Assembly (NCBI GenBank): GCA_002269645.1
Contig: NIVC01000779.1
Span: 20,906-84,905 of the forward strand
From: Macrostomum lignano
Lineage: Eukaryota
DNA: 64,000 nt
Direction: 5' to 3'
Notes under the pieces: generated by a model
Told to the model about the DNA's origin: nothing
Seen by the model: the letters and a program-made list of their open reading frames with translations, nothing else
The model's database searches: none
Part shown: one piece after another, positions 49,879 through 60,118 of the stretch
Numbering within the stretch: the first letter of the stretch is position 1
Layout: each line of letters opens with the position of its first letter
Made by a program: the position numbers and the translations under genes

Positions 49879-52800
49879 GGGTTGGAGGCGACGGGCCAGC
49901 CCCAACCCGCCAAGTAAGTGCCCAGACTGCTCATTCTGTTTTTGTGCGTGCCCTGCTGCAAGAAAAGCCGGTCTGCTTCCTGCTCGACACTGGTGCACAG
50001 ACATCCCTCATCAGCCACAGCCTCATGCGGTCATGCGGCTTGCAGCTCGAGTCCGGGAGCAGCTGCTGTCCAACGTCAGTAGACGGTAGTCGCCTGCAGT
50101 GCCTCGGAACAGCCCGGGGAACAGTTCAAGTTGGAGAGACGACTCGATTGGACCAGGTATTCAACGTCGTAGAGGGAATAAGCGTAGACCTTATCCTAGG
50201 GATGGACTTTATCGGTCGGGCAACCAGCGAGCTACGGATTAACATCAACAACAAGACTGTCTTCTTTAATGATGAGGCCGTGCCGTTTTTCACCAACAGC
50301 TCAAAAATTCAAATGGTGACCGGGACGCTGGTGGCCCGCATTGAGTGCAACATCAACGTCCCCGCTAGGAGTGAGAAGCTGGTCTGGCTGCGAGTGAAGT
50401 CAAAAGATGAGCAGGGCGTTTTCGAGCCGAATGCGGAGTTTACTCAAGAGACCGGTCTGCTGGCATCCCGAGTTCTCGCTTTGTCCGCCGATCAGAGGAT
50501 TCCCGTTCTCATGTGCAATCTGGGATCCGAGGCAGTAACACTGTATGCCAACAAAGCAGTCGGTGAATTCGAAGCTGCTGATGTACTCGAGCCGGTTGGG
50601 AACGTGAAGGAGAAACTGAAGAACTGGGACGTGAACCCCGAACTGACAGAGCTAGAAAGAGACAAGCTGATGACCATCTTGAAAGCCAACGACGACCTGT
50701 TCAGCACTCATGAGTTTGACCTCGGCTCCACAAGCGTACTAAAGCACCACATCGAGCTCGAGCCAGGAGCACGGCCATTCAGGCAGCGCCAGCGCCCGCT
50801 CCCCCTGCCGCTGAGGGACCGAGTCGACGACAAGATTGGCCAGATGCTTGCGCACGACATCATTGAGCCGTCGAGCTCTCCATGGGCCAGCAATTTGATC
50901 GTGGTCAAGAAAAAGAACGGAGACATCCGCATCTGCACTGACTGGCGCCAGCTGAATGCCGCTACGGGTAAGGACGCCCATCCGCTCCCACACCTACAAC
51001 AGTCCATGGACGCGCTCTCAGGCTGCTCTTGGTTCACGACAATCGATTGCAAGCAGGGTTTCAATCAAGTGGAAGTTGAGGAAGCCGACCGCTACAAGAC
51101 GGCATTTTACTCTACCAGAGGACTCATGCAGTTCAAGAAAATGGGATTTGGAATGTGCAACTCGCCGGCTACGTTCCAACGACTAATGGAGCTGATCATG
51201 TCTGGCCTCACATGGGAGGAGGTCCTGGTCTACGTGGATGATCTAATAGTGTTCAGTAAGAGCTTTGATCAGCATCTAGTCAGCCTTCGACGGGTTTTTG
51301 AACGGCTTCGAAGCGCTGGCCTGAAACTGAACAAGGAGAAGTCCGTGTTTGCGTACCGTAGTGTCAAGTACCTGGGCCATGTGGTCAGCAGCGAAGGAAT
51401 TCAGCCAGACCCCAGTAAGGTGGAAGCTTTATCGAAGATTAAGACGCCGAGTTCAGCTGAGGAAGTGAGGCGATTCATCGGCATGCTGGGATTTTACCGG
51501 CGATTCATCCAAGACTTCAGCAGGATAGCCGCGCCTCTGCATGCAGCAACGCAAAAGACCGGCTTCACCTGGACGGATGAGTGTGAGAGCGCTTTCACCA
51601 AACTAAGGGAAAGGATCTGCCAGGCTCCCGTGCTTAGACTACCAGATTTTAGCCGGCCCTTCATCCTGAGTTGCGATGCAAGCGCATTTGCAGTCGGCGC
51701 GGTCCTCAGTCAGGCACACGGAGATTCGGAACTGCCGGTCGCTTTTGCCTCAAGAACTCTGAATAAGGCAGAAAGGAACTACTCAGCTACCGACAGAGAA
51801 CTGCTCGCCTTAGTCTGGAGCCTAAAACATTTCAGGTCATACCTGTGTAACGTGAAGCACTTCACCGCGTTCACCGATCATCAGCCACTGAAGGGCCTGC
51901 TACAGACTAAGGAACCTGAAGGGCGTCTGGCGCGCTGGCTTGACACGATTCAGCAGTTCAACTTCACGCTCTGCTATCGGCCTGGTCGAGAGAATGTCGT
52001 CCCGGACATGTTGAGTCGAACCGCCACCACTCAGCTCGACAGCAGCAGGGATCAAGACTTCCTAGAGGAACAGCAGCGCGATGCGCTTCTGCAGAGTGTC
52101 TTCAAGGCGCTCACCGAGAGACGCGAGCACCTGTCCAACAGCGGCCAGCAGAAGGTCGAGGAGTTCTTGGGCGATGACGGAATTGAGATCGGACCGCATG
52201 GCGCGCTGGTCAGGCAAGGAAAGCCGGTCGTTCCGAGCCATCTGCGAGCCGAGTTCCTGGCCGACGCCCACGATGCAGCCGCTAGCGGTCACCTCGGCGC
52301 GGACAGAACACTACAGAAGTTGCGTGAGCGCTGCTGGTGGCCAAAAATGCAGCAGGATGTCCAGAATTGGGTCGCCAGCTGTGCAGCATGCCTTCGGCAC
52401 AAGAACAATAGTCGCCCTCAGCGAGCTCCACTGCAGAGTACAGCACAGCCGGCGCGACCGTGGGAGACCGTGCAAATCGACATTAAGGGGCCGTTGCCAA
52501 GGACGCCTCGAGACAACAGCTACATTCTGAGCATCTGCGACTGCTTCTCCAAATGGATGGAAACCCGTGCTCTACCAAGTATCGAAGCCGAGCGAGTTGC
52601 TGATGTTCTGGTCCATCAAGTAGCCCTACGTCACGGAGTTCCGGACACGATTCACAGTGACCAGGGCCGGCAATTTGAGAGCCAGCTGTTTCAGTCTCTG
52701 TGTGAGCAGCTCGGGATGCGGAAGACTCGAACTTCCCCGTTTCATCCGAGTGCCAACGGCCTGGTGGAGCGCGGAAACCGCACTCTCGGTAACATGTTGG

Positions 52801-53531
52801 CGACGGTCGTAGCGGAAAGCCAGGACGACTGGGATGTACAGCTGCCTTTTGTCACATGGGCATTCAACAGCTCTGCGCACTGTACGACTGGTCTGTCTCC
52901 GTTTCAAGTGCTACACGGTTGGCCACCAAGACTGCCGCTTGATGTCAAGCTGCCGCACACCAACAGCGGCGCTTCGGATACTCTGGACTACGTCGAGGAT
53001 GTTCAGAAACGGCTTTTGCAGAGTCAGAGGCTCGTCCACCAGAAGCTTCAGAGCGCGCAGACTGAGAGAAACGAACGATACAACAAGGACGTGCGGTTTC
53101 AGCCCTACAACCAAGGCGATCTGGTCATGCTAAGCTGCAAGACGGTGAAGCCTGGTCGCTCCAAGAGCCTCAGCAACCGCTGGACGGGGCCCTACGTCGT
53201 TCTCAAGCGGCTGGGTGAGGTCAACTATCGAGTGCGGCTGGCACCTGGCCTAGCGGTTCGGCGGCGTCGCAAGCTCGTGGTGCACCATGACCGCCTCAAG
53301 CCATTCGTGAAGCGGCGCGGCTCTCTGCAACTGACCGATGAGCAGCAGCCGGCTCCGGCTACCAGCACCAGTCCTGAGCAGCTGGGTGTGCCTGACGCCT
53401 GGGCTCAGCTGTCAGGCGGCAATGACGATGACGACGGCGACACCGAAGCAGCAATCGACCCGGTCGTCCCACCAGCGCTAAGACGTTCGGTACGACAGCG
53501 GAGGCCTCCTGATTTTTATCGCCCTGAGTGA
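49866..53531 (+). CDS. Pol polyprotein (protease, RT, RNase H, integrase), in the -1 frame relative to gag
   Basis: Uninterrupted ORF: LLDTGA, YVDDL, CDAS...TDH, H-H-C-C zinc motif, DIKG/HSDQG/VER integrase core, WTGPY. Confidence 0.96.
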   Translation, partial: GKLLRVGGDGPAPTRQVSAQTAHSVFVRALLQEKPVCFLLDTGAQTSLISHSLMRSCGLQLESGSSCCPTSVDGSRLQCLGTARGTVQVGETTRLDQVFNVVEGISVDLILGMDFIGRATSELRININNKTVFFNDEAVPFFTNSSKIQMVTGTLVARIECNINVPARSEKLVWLRVKSKDEQGVFEPNAEFTQETGLLASRVLALSADQRIPVLMCNLGSEAVTLYANKAVGEFEAADVLEPVGNVKEKLKNWDVNPELTELERDKLMTILKANDDLFSTHEFDLGSTSVLKHHIELEPGARPFRQRQRPLPLPLRDRVDDKIGQMLAHDIIEPSSSPWASNLIVVKKKNGDIRICTDWRQLNAATGKDAHPLPHLQQSMDALSGCSWFTTIDCKQGFNQVEVEEADRYKTAFYSTRGLMQFKKMGFGMCNSPATFQRLMELIMSGLTWEEVLVYVDDLIVFSKSFDQHLVSLRRVFERLRSAGLKLNKEKSVFAYRSVKYLGHVVSSEGIQPDPSKVEALSKIKTPSSAEEVRRFIGMLGFYRRFIQDFSRIAAPLHAATQKTGFTWTDECESAFTKLRERICQAPVLRLPDFSRPFILSCDASAFAVGAVLSQAHGDSELPVAFASRTLNKAERNYSATDRELLALVWSLKHFRSYLCNVKHFTAFTDHQPLKGLLQTKEPEGRLARWLDTIQQFNFTLCYRPGRENVVPDMLSRTATTQLDSSRDQDFLEEQQRDALLQSVFKALTERREHLSNSGQQKVEEFLGDDGIEIGPHGALVRQGKPVVPSHLRAEFLADAHDAAASGHLGADRTLQKLRERCWWPKMQQDVQNWVASCAACLRHKNNSRPQRAPLQSTAQPARPWETVQIDIKGPLPRTPRDNSYILSICDCFSKWMETRALPSIEAERVADVLVHQVALRHGVPDTIHSDQGRQFESQLFQSLCEQLGMRKTRTSPFHPSANGLVERGNRTLGNMLATVVAESQDDWDVQLPFVTWAFNSSAHCTTGLSPFQVLHGWPPRLPLDVKLPHTNSGASDTLDYVEDVQKRLLQSQRLVHQKLQSAQTERNERYNKDVRFQPYNQGDLVMLSCKTVKPGRSKSLSNRWTGPYVVLKRLGEVNYRVRLAPGLAVRRRRKLVVHHDRLKPFVKRRGSLQLTDEQQPAPATSTSPEQLGVPDAWAQLSGGNDDDDGDTEAAIDPVVPPALRRSVRQRRPPDFYRPE

Positions 53532-54060
53532 ACCTTTTTTTGAACTTTTGCCATAGAGTTTTATTCCTCGTGCTTGGGGGGAAAGTGGTGTGAGTTTTGG
53601 TGCTCGTTGTGTTGGCTGTTCTGGGGGTTGGCCTGCGCTGGGGGGTTGGGCACGCTTTTATTCACCTGAACCTATATCGATCGAAATGTACGCGCGTACA
53701 TAGTGAATGACAAATATATATATCGACTAACTTGGCCTTTGAGCCCTCTACTGATTTTCTCGCAATTCTGGTCTTACAGTATCATAAAATATCCCATCTC
53801 AAAGTCCGAATCCAATTGTATCATAAAATATCCCATCTCAAATTCCGAATCCCAATTGCATCATGAGAAATCCCATCTCAAAGTCTGAATCCCAATTGTA
53901 TCATAAAATATCCCATCTCATAGTCAGAATCCTAATTGTATCATAATAAATCCGATCTCAAAGTCCGAATCCCAATTGTATCACAAAAATCCCATCTCAT
54001 AGTCCGAATCCCAATTGTATCATAAATTATCCCATCTCAAATACCCACCCGGATCCCCAG

Positions 54061-54545
54061 GTGGCCTGGACTCGCGTTGACATCGGCTTAGTCGAGGCGT
54101 CCTTCTTCGTCGGCTACGCTCTCTTCAGTGTCCCCGGCGGCCTTCTGGCGTCGCGTCTATCGGCGCCTGGACGCCTTCTCGGCGCCGCTGTGCTGGCCAC
54201 CTGCTCGTTGAACCTCCTGGTGCCGGCGGCGGCGCACCTGGAGCCGGCCGGCCTCGCCTTCGCTGCCGCTTCGCTGGTTCGCGCAGCCCAAGGCGCCGCC
54301 GAAGGCTGCCTGTACCCGTGCGTGCACGCCCTGTGGCGCTACTGGGCGCCAGCCATGGAGAGGTCGCGCCTGGTCACCATCTCCTTCTTCGGCATGGCTC
54401 TCGGCCCCATTGTCGGTCTGCCGTTGTCGGGCGCCATGACCGACCGGCTGGGATGGCCGGCCAACTTCTACGCCTACGGGGTCGCCGGCTGCCTCTGGGC
54501 CGCCGTCTGGCTGAGCTTGGTGCCCGGACAGCCCGCCTGGGATCG
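54061..54545 (+). CDS. SLC17 transporter, exon 2
   Basis: ccccag|GTG acceptor. SFFVGY...PGG, VRAAQGAAEGCLYP...W.YWAPAMERSRL, GWPANFY are SLC17 motifs. Donor cg|gtgcga, phase 2. Confidence 0.9.
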
Positions 54546-54654
54546 GTGCGATGGGGATGATTATCAAACTCGAACTTGACTCCCCAGTCAGCCAATCAAT
54601 CGATCTATGACAACCAATTGATCTCCATCAAATAACTATTAGCTCAAATCTCCA

Positions 54655-55060
54655 ATTATCCCAGATCCGAATCTCAATTAATCCCAATCCGAAATCCCCA
54701 CTAATCCTAGATCCGAATCCCAATTAATCCCAAACCGAAATCCCCGCTAATCCTAGATCCGAATCCCAATTATTCCCAACCCGAAATCCGCACTAATCCT
54801 GACCAGAATCAAAATTTATCCTAACTCAAAATCCCCACTAATCCCAGATCCGAATCTCAATTAATCCCAATCCGAAATCCCCACTAATCCTAGATCCGAA
54901 TCCCAATTAATCCCAAACCGAAATCCCCGCTAATCCTAGATCCGAATCCCAATTATTCCCAACCCGAAATCCGCACTAATCCTGACCAGAATCAAAATTT
55001 ATCCTAACTCAAAATCCCCACTAATCCCAGATCCGAATCCCAATTAATCCCAACTCCAAA
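54655..55060. repeat. Intronic aatccc-rich repeat with a duplicated ~180-bp block
   Basis: 54661-54840 repeated at 54841-55020. Confidence 0.85.
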
Positions 55061-55074
55061 CTCCCCGCCCGCAG

Positions 55075-55358
55075 CTACATCGGGGATGCGGAGCTCCGGT
55101 ACATCCTGGCCACCAGCGCCCAATCGAGAGTCGGCAGCGCCGCGCCTTCAACAATGGGCCGGCTGCCCATCAGGTCGATCCTGACGTCGCTTCCAGTGTG
55201 GGGCATCGTGCTGGCGAACATCGGCAGGAACTGGACCTTCCAGTTCAGCACCATCGGGCTGCCAGCCTATTACGCGAAGGTGTTCAATTTGGACTCGGAG
55301 GCTGTGGGGCTTCATCTGATGGCGCCGTTTGCACTCATGGCAGCGCTGACGCCAGTAG
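55075..55358 (+). CDS. SLC17 transporter, exon 3
   Basis: cgcag|c acceptor. YIGDAELRYI...PIRSILTSLPVWGIVLANIGRNWTF...LPAYY. Donor g|gttagt, phase 1. Confidence 0.88.
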
Positions 55359-55479
55359 GTTAGTAGCATAAACTTGATTGAGGAGTAATTTCTGATTATC
55401 CCAGATATACCAGAGCTATCCTGGTTCTGAGAAATACCCATTCCTAAGCTGTATACCTTTTCTAAGAAATGGCTACTTC

Positions 55480-55990
55480 TCAGATACACCTATTTCAAAG
55501 AAATATCCCATTTAAGAACTATCTCATTTCTAAGAACCATCCCATTTCTAAGAACTATCCCGTTTCTAAGAACCATCCCGTTTCTAAGAACTATCCCGTT
55601 TCTAAGAACCATCCCGTTTCTAAGAACCATCCAGTTTCTAAGAACCATCTCATTTCTAAGAACCATCTCATTTCTAAGAACCATCCCGTTTCTAAGAACC
55701 ATCTCATTTCTATGAACCATCCCATTTCTAAGGACCATCCCGTTTCTAAGAACCATCCCGTTTCTAAGAACCATCCCGTTTCTTAGAAACATCCCATTTC
55801 TAAGAACCATCTCATTTCTAAGAAATATCCCATTTCTAAGAAATATCCCATTTTTAAGAAATATCCTATTTTTAAGAAATATCCCATTTCTAAGAAATAT
55901 CCCGTTTATAAGAAATTTTCTATTTCTAAGAAGTATCGCCTTCATAAGACGTATCAGATTTCTAAGAATTATCCCATTTTTAAGATTCAA
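55480..55990. repeat. 21-bp intronic minisatellite (tttctaagaaccatcccg...)
   Basis: About 23 units. Confidence 0.9.
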
Positions 55991-56044
55991 ATCACGTTGC
56001 ATCCAAACCACAGTAAACCCGCCCCGCAACCGCGGCATCCCCAG

Positions 56045-56314
56045 GCGGCATCTTGGCCGACAGCCTCCGCAGCCGGTTGCTAAGCACAACATCAACCAGA
56101 AAGTTGCTGAACACTGTGGGCTTCGGCACCATGGCCTGCTGCATGGCACTGATTGGCCTGTCCCGCAGTCCCTACCTGTCCACCAGCCTGCTCACTATTG
56201 GCTTCGGGTTCACAGGCCTAGGCATGTCCGGCTACGGAGTGAATCATCTGGACATTGCGCCACTACTTGCCGGCTTCTTGATGGGACTGTCCAATGGCAT
56301 TGGCACCGTGTCGG
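56045..56314 (+). CDS. SLC17 transporter, exon 4
   Basis: ccccag|gc acceptor. GILADSLR...TRKLLNTVGF...GYGVNHLDIAPLLAGFLMGLSNGIGTVSG. Donor g|gtattg, phase 1. Confidence 0.9.
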
Positions 56315-56384
56315 GTATTGCTGCTGGGATTGCTTTTGGTTGGGGATTTTTTCGGCGGGATTTTGAAGTATGGTATGGTGTAAA

Positions 56385-56612
56385 TTGGGGAATGTGCGGA
56401 TTGTGGGAATCTGCAGATTGGGGAATGTGCAGATTGGGAGAATGTGCAGATTGGGGAATGTACAGATTGGGGGCATGTGCAGATTGGGGGCATGTGCAGA
56501 TTGGGGGCATGTGCAGATTGGGGGAATGTGCAGATTGGGGGAATGTGCAGATTGGGGGCATATGCAGATTGGAAAATGTGCAGATTGGGGAATGTGCAGA
56601 TTGGGGGCATGT
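56385..56612. repeat. ~18-bp minisatellite (gggggaatgtgcagattg)
   Basis: About 13 units abutting the non-LTR fragment. Confidence 0.88.
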
Positions 56613-58130
56613 GCAGGCGGTAGATTAAGGAAGGCCCCCATGCCGGCAAAGGGCGTGGACCTAGGGCGTTGCAGATGCCCTGGACCTAAAGCCCTGGATC
56701 GTGTTGAGCCGATCGGCGTGTCATTTGACCTTGGATGGCGCTTGAAAAGACAACAGAAGCGTAGTACGCAATGGCATGTCTAACCACGGAAGTGTGGATC
56801 CCACCAAAGTCGCTTTGGGGATAGACCCCAAGGAAGTGCCAAGTGCTCGCCGGAGCTGGGCCAGGATGGCTGAGGCACGCTTGGCTTTTGCTTTCACGTG
56901 GAAGGACCAGTTGAGCCGGTGGTCAAGTATGACCCCGAGACATCTGGTCTGGTGCGTGAAGGCGATGTCTCTACCGTATAGCTGCAGAGGTCGTATGTTC
57001 CAGCGTATTCTGCTGGTGAACATAATGGCAACAGTTTTGGGCTCAGAGAGTTCCAGTCCGTTGTCATTGGCCCAGGATTCAGCTTTGCGGATAAAGATCT
57101 GCATCAGATCCCTGAACGTGCTGGGAGATGGCCCTGCCACAATTGCAGTGACGTCGTCAGCATACCCGACTTTAAAGACGCGGTCAGGTCGAGGGTCGCC
57201 CAGAAGAGCGTCCATGACCAGGTTCCAGAGCGTCGGGGTGAGGACTCCGCCTTGGGGTCCACCCTTACAGACTCTGGCGGAGGCAGTTTGCCCAAGAAGT
57301 TGGGCAGTGACCGTACGGTTAGAGATCATGTACATGATCCACCGTATGAGGGTAGCGTGAGCTTTGCGGTTTTGAAGGGTCCTCTGAAATGCTTTAAAGA
57401 TGACGTTGTCGAAGGCGCCAACAATGTCAAGAAAAAGAGCCAGGGCGTAACCGTCACCCAGTACCGCCCGTTCAATCTTCTCGACTATCGCATGCAGGGC
57501 GCTGTCAGTCGACCTCCCGGTACGGAAGGCGTGCTGATTATTGTCGAGGGGCATTGCTGTCAGCTCGCATGAAAGCAGCCGCCAGAGAATGAGCCTCTCA
57601 GTGAGATTAAGCAGGGACTTCTCTATATAGCATCTAGAGAGATGCTATATAGAGAAGTCCCTGGATTAAGCATTGCTGATGTTAAGCTAATTGGCATGAA
57701 GGCCTTGACGCTCTGGTAGTCACCCTTCCCAGGTTTGGGAATAAAGACTACCCGAGCTTCGGTCCAGCACTTAGGCACATACCCCAGCTGGATAGAGGCC
57801 CGCATGAGATTGTGGGTAAGTCTTAAGGACGAGGGTATCTTAGCTGATTCGCGAAGAAAAACAGAGTAGATACAGTACCATCGGGTCCAGGAAATTTGAA
57901 AGGTTTGAAGGTTCTGACGGCGCGGGTGATTAAGTCTTCAGTGACAATGCCCGCCGCTAAATCCATCGAATGGTTGTGTTCCGGTCTAGCAGTGGGTACT
58001 CTCGGGAGCAATGTGCTGAGCATATTCTGAAGCACTTCTTCAGGCTCTTTTGTTAAAGAGCCATAATCTTTTGGGGTTTAGATGGGTCCCCGTCCCCAGT
58101 TAAAACTTTCTTATCCATAGTCGGCTTCAA
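56612..58130 (-). mobile_element. Decayed non-LTR retrotransposon RT region (R1/LOA-like)
   Basis: FKFPGPDG, WTEARVVFIPKPGK, PISLTS, QHAFR.GRST, FLDIVGAFDNV, GPQGGVLTP.LWNLVMD, GYADDV and RSTP motifs, with several frameshifts. Outer limits uncertain. Confidence 0.88.
57612..57663. mobile_element. 52-bp perfect hairpin insertion with 7-bp TSD
   Basis: 24-bp perfect inverted repeat cagggacttctctatatagcatct-agag-agatgctatatagagaagtccctg, flanked by gattaag on both sides. Removing it restores the RT reading frame. Confidence 0.85.
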
Positions 58131-59056
58131 GGCCATGATAAAGGTTGGTGAGCCACCCTAGAAGGGGGTGGTACCCACCCGGCCACACCACCTGACCGGG
58201 TAGTAGGCCAAAAGAACCCTCAAGGCTGGCCCGATACAAAGAGGGGGACCGCTTGCGACCGGACTACTCCCCGGCCTTCCAGCCCATCGGCACGGTCGAG
58301 CACCTTAGCCGTTAAGCAGTAGATGGTGAAGCTCGCGGGGACGAGTAACCCTGGGTCGACTTGGGCGACAGCGTCGGGGAGTCTGAGGCTGCTGGAGACA
58401 AAATAGGGGGTGCAGACTCCCACCAGCCTTAACCTGGTGATGATAGAGGCAGGCGTGAAGCGGCGCAGACCGTAGCCCATAGGCCTACTCTGTCTCATAA
58501 TTCACTGGCGTGCTCAATACGCCTTTGCAAGCTCTGAAATGGAGAGTGGCTGATAGACTCTTATCTCACGTACATCTTCGCTACTGACCTCTGATCGTCT
58601 CTTTAGGTGCCTTATCTTTTCACTTTCACTTATTGCACTTGGTGACCTAACCTCACCTCGTTTTGGCGTTCTTCTACTTTGCTTCTTTTTATGTGGCTTA
58701 TATTCCTGCGGATTTTCAAATATTCAAATTAATGTTGCCGCGCACCTTCAATCCGACACTTTCCAATCTTTCTGTAAGGTACTTCGAAGTAGTTCCGGAA
58801 AACTTGAGCCTCCAAAATTTCCAAGAAACAGAACGCCATTTCTTCCAGAAGTGGTCCTTGACAACAGCTTGTGCAATTACGGTTGGGCTCCTTAAGAGCA
58901 CCAGCCAAGGCGCAGAATGTAATTTATGATATTTATGAATTTATGAAGAGCAATTATTAGTTTCTGACAATCGTTTATTAATTTCGCAGTTGATTGGTTT
59001 TTTTCAAGTTAACTTAAAATTTGCGAATAAACAGATCGCTGCTATAATGCGCTAAA

Positions 59057-60118
59057 TCAATGCAGAAACTCGGTCTTTAGACGGTTATTCAATCCGTGAT
59101 GCTTGTACGTGACGTTGTTGAACTTGCAGATCTCAGTCTCCGGCACAATCATGCTCAGAGCCAATGTCTTAATTGGGGCGTCGCCCCATCTGTGCGTGTA
59201 GAATCCGCCCAGAGAGTCCACGTACTCTAAAAAGTCCCGGTACTGCTGGGATCGCCAGACCTGCATGCTGGAGACCTCGAAGTTGTTGTAGAACACTTCG
59301 TCTCGCTTGAGCCGGTCGAAGAAGGTCGGACTGATCGCCCTCATTCGCATGTAGTCTGTGGCCACTTGGAAAGTTTTGTGCGCGCAAGTGTCAAAAATAG
59401 TCTGCACGTAGCCATAGGAGCAGCGAGCATCTCGGAGAGCTGCAAACAGGTCGAACGAGATCGGCTTCTCCAACACTGAATCGTCGTCCAGTCTGAATTG
59501 GTAGTCAAAGTGCCTCATCATTGGCTCCTCGTAGATCAGTTTTGAATGAAACCTGCACATACTTCTGTACCCGATGCTGTCCCTGCCGCCGCAACCTTTT
59601 TTGGGCGGCTGACCGAACTCGGCTATGTAGGAGCTGGGGACGCTCATGTCCACCTGTTGAAAGAATATTGAGGACAAGTTGAGAAGAGGATTGAAGCCGA
59701 TGGATCTCACTGCAGCCAGGTACGGTTGGAAGTCCGCCTCGTGAAATACAATAACTGGATAGCCGAACTGGTTGTTGAAATTCGCGTACAGTTTCTGCAG
59801 ACAGTGCTTCAGCTTCTTCTGCCGCGGTTTATAGGCCAGAATGGTGATGACCGCTTTCAACGAGCTGGTGGTGACATTGTGTTCTGACGCCAACTTGATG
59901 TACTGCTGCAGACTCTTGTCTTCGGCTGTAATATTGAACAAGTGTTCATCTCTGATGATTGGTGCTGCCGCGTTGCTGGAGTGCCTTGTCTTCAGGTGTC
60001 GGCTGCCAGCAGGTGACTGCAGCTGATAACACCAGAATAAGGCAGTGGCTGCAGCCACAAGCAGAATGCCCACTGTGGTGGTTAGTCGGGTGCGCCGAAA
60101 ATACTTCATTGAGACCAT
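59057..60118 (-). CDS. GT15 family (Kre2/Mnt1/Ktr-like) mannosyltransferase, single coding exon, nested antisense in SLC17 intron 4
   Basis: Type II topology (MVSMKYFRRTR + TM). GYRSMCRFHS, FDYQFRLDDDS, FYNNFEV, YVDSLGGFYTHRWGDAPI match GT15 signatures YRHMCRF, YDYYWRVEP, FWSNFEI, GGF.YERWGDAP. Likely start at 60118 or 60109, with a tttttgtag acceptor near 60211. Confidence 0.88.
   Translation of the reverse strand: MVSMKYFRRTRLTTTVGILLVAAATALFWCYQLQSPAGSRHLKTRHSSNAAAPIIRDEHLFNITAEDKSLQQYIKLASEHNVTTSSLKAVITILAYKPRQKKLKHCLQKLYANFNNQFGYPVIVFHEADFQPYLAAVRSIGFNPLLNLSSIFFQQVDMSVPSSYIAEFGQPPKKGCGGRDSIGYRSMCRFHSKLIYEEPMMRHFDYQFRLDDDSVLEKPISFDLFAALRDARCSYGYVQTIFDTCAHKTFQVATDYMRMRAISPTFFDRLKRDEVFYNNFEVSSMQVWRSQQYRDFLEYVDSLGGFYTHRWGDAPIKTLALSMIVPETEICKFNNVTYKHHGLNNRLKTEFLH

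Larger units (their letters stand above)
48813..53778 (+). mobile_element. Ty3/Gypsy LTR retrotransposon, full length (4966 bp)
   Basis: TG...CA LTRs at 48813-49003 and 53589-53778 (3 substitutions and 1 indel in ~190 bp), 4-bp TSD gtat, PBS, PPT ggggggaaagtgg (53576-53588), and domain order gag-PR-RT-RH-IN. Confidence 0.97.
48470..54045. repeat. ~35-bp minisatellite (tcccaattgtatcataaaatatcccatctcaaagtccgaa), split by the LTR element into 48470-48812 and 53779-54045
   Basis: The same unit is present on both sides and rejoins exactly when the element and one gtat are removed. Confidence 0.9.

Noticed and set aside
49305-53133. Many short antisense or alternate-frame ORFs inside the Gypsy element
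   Set aside because: Expected shadows of a GC-rich coding region, with no motifs.
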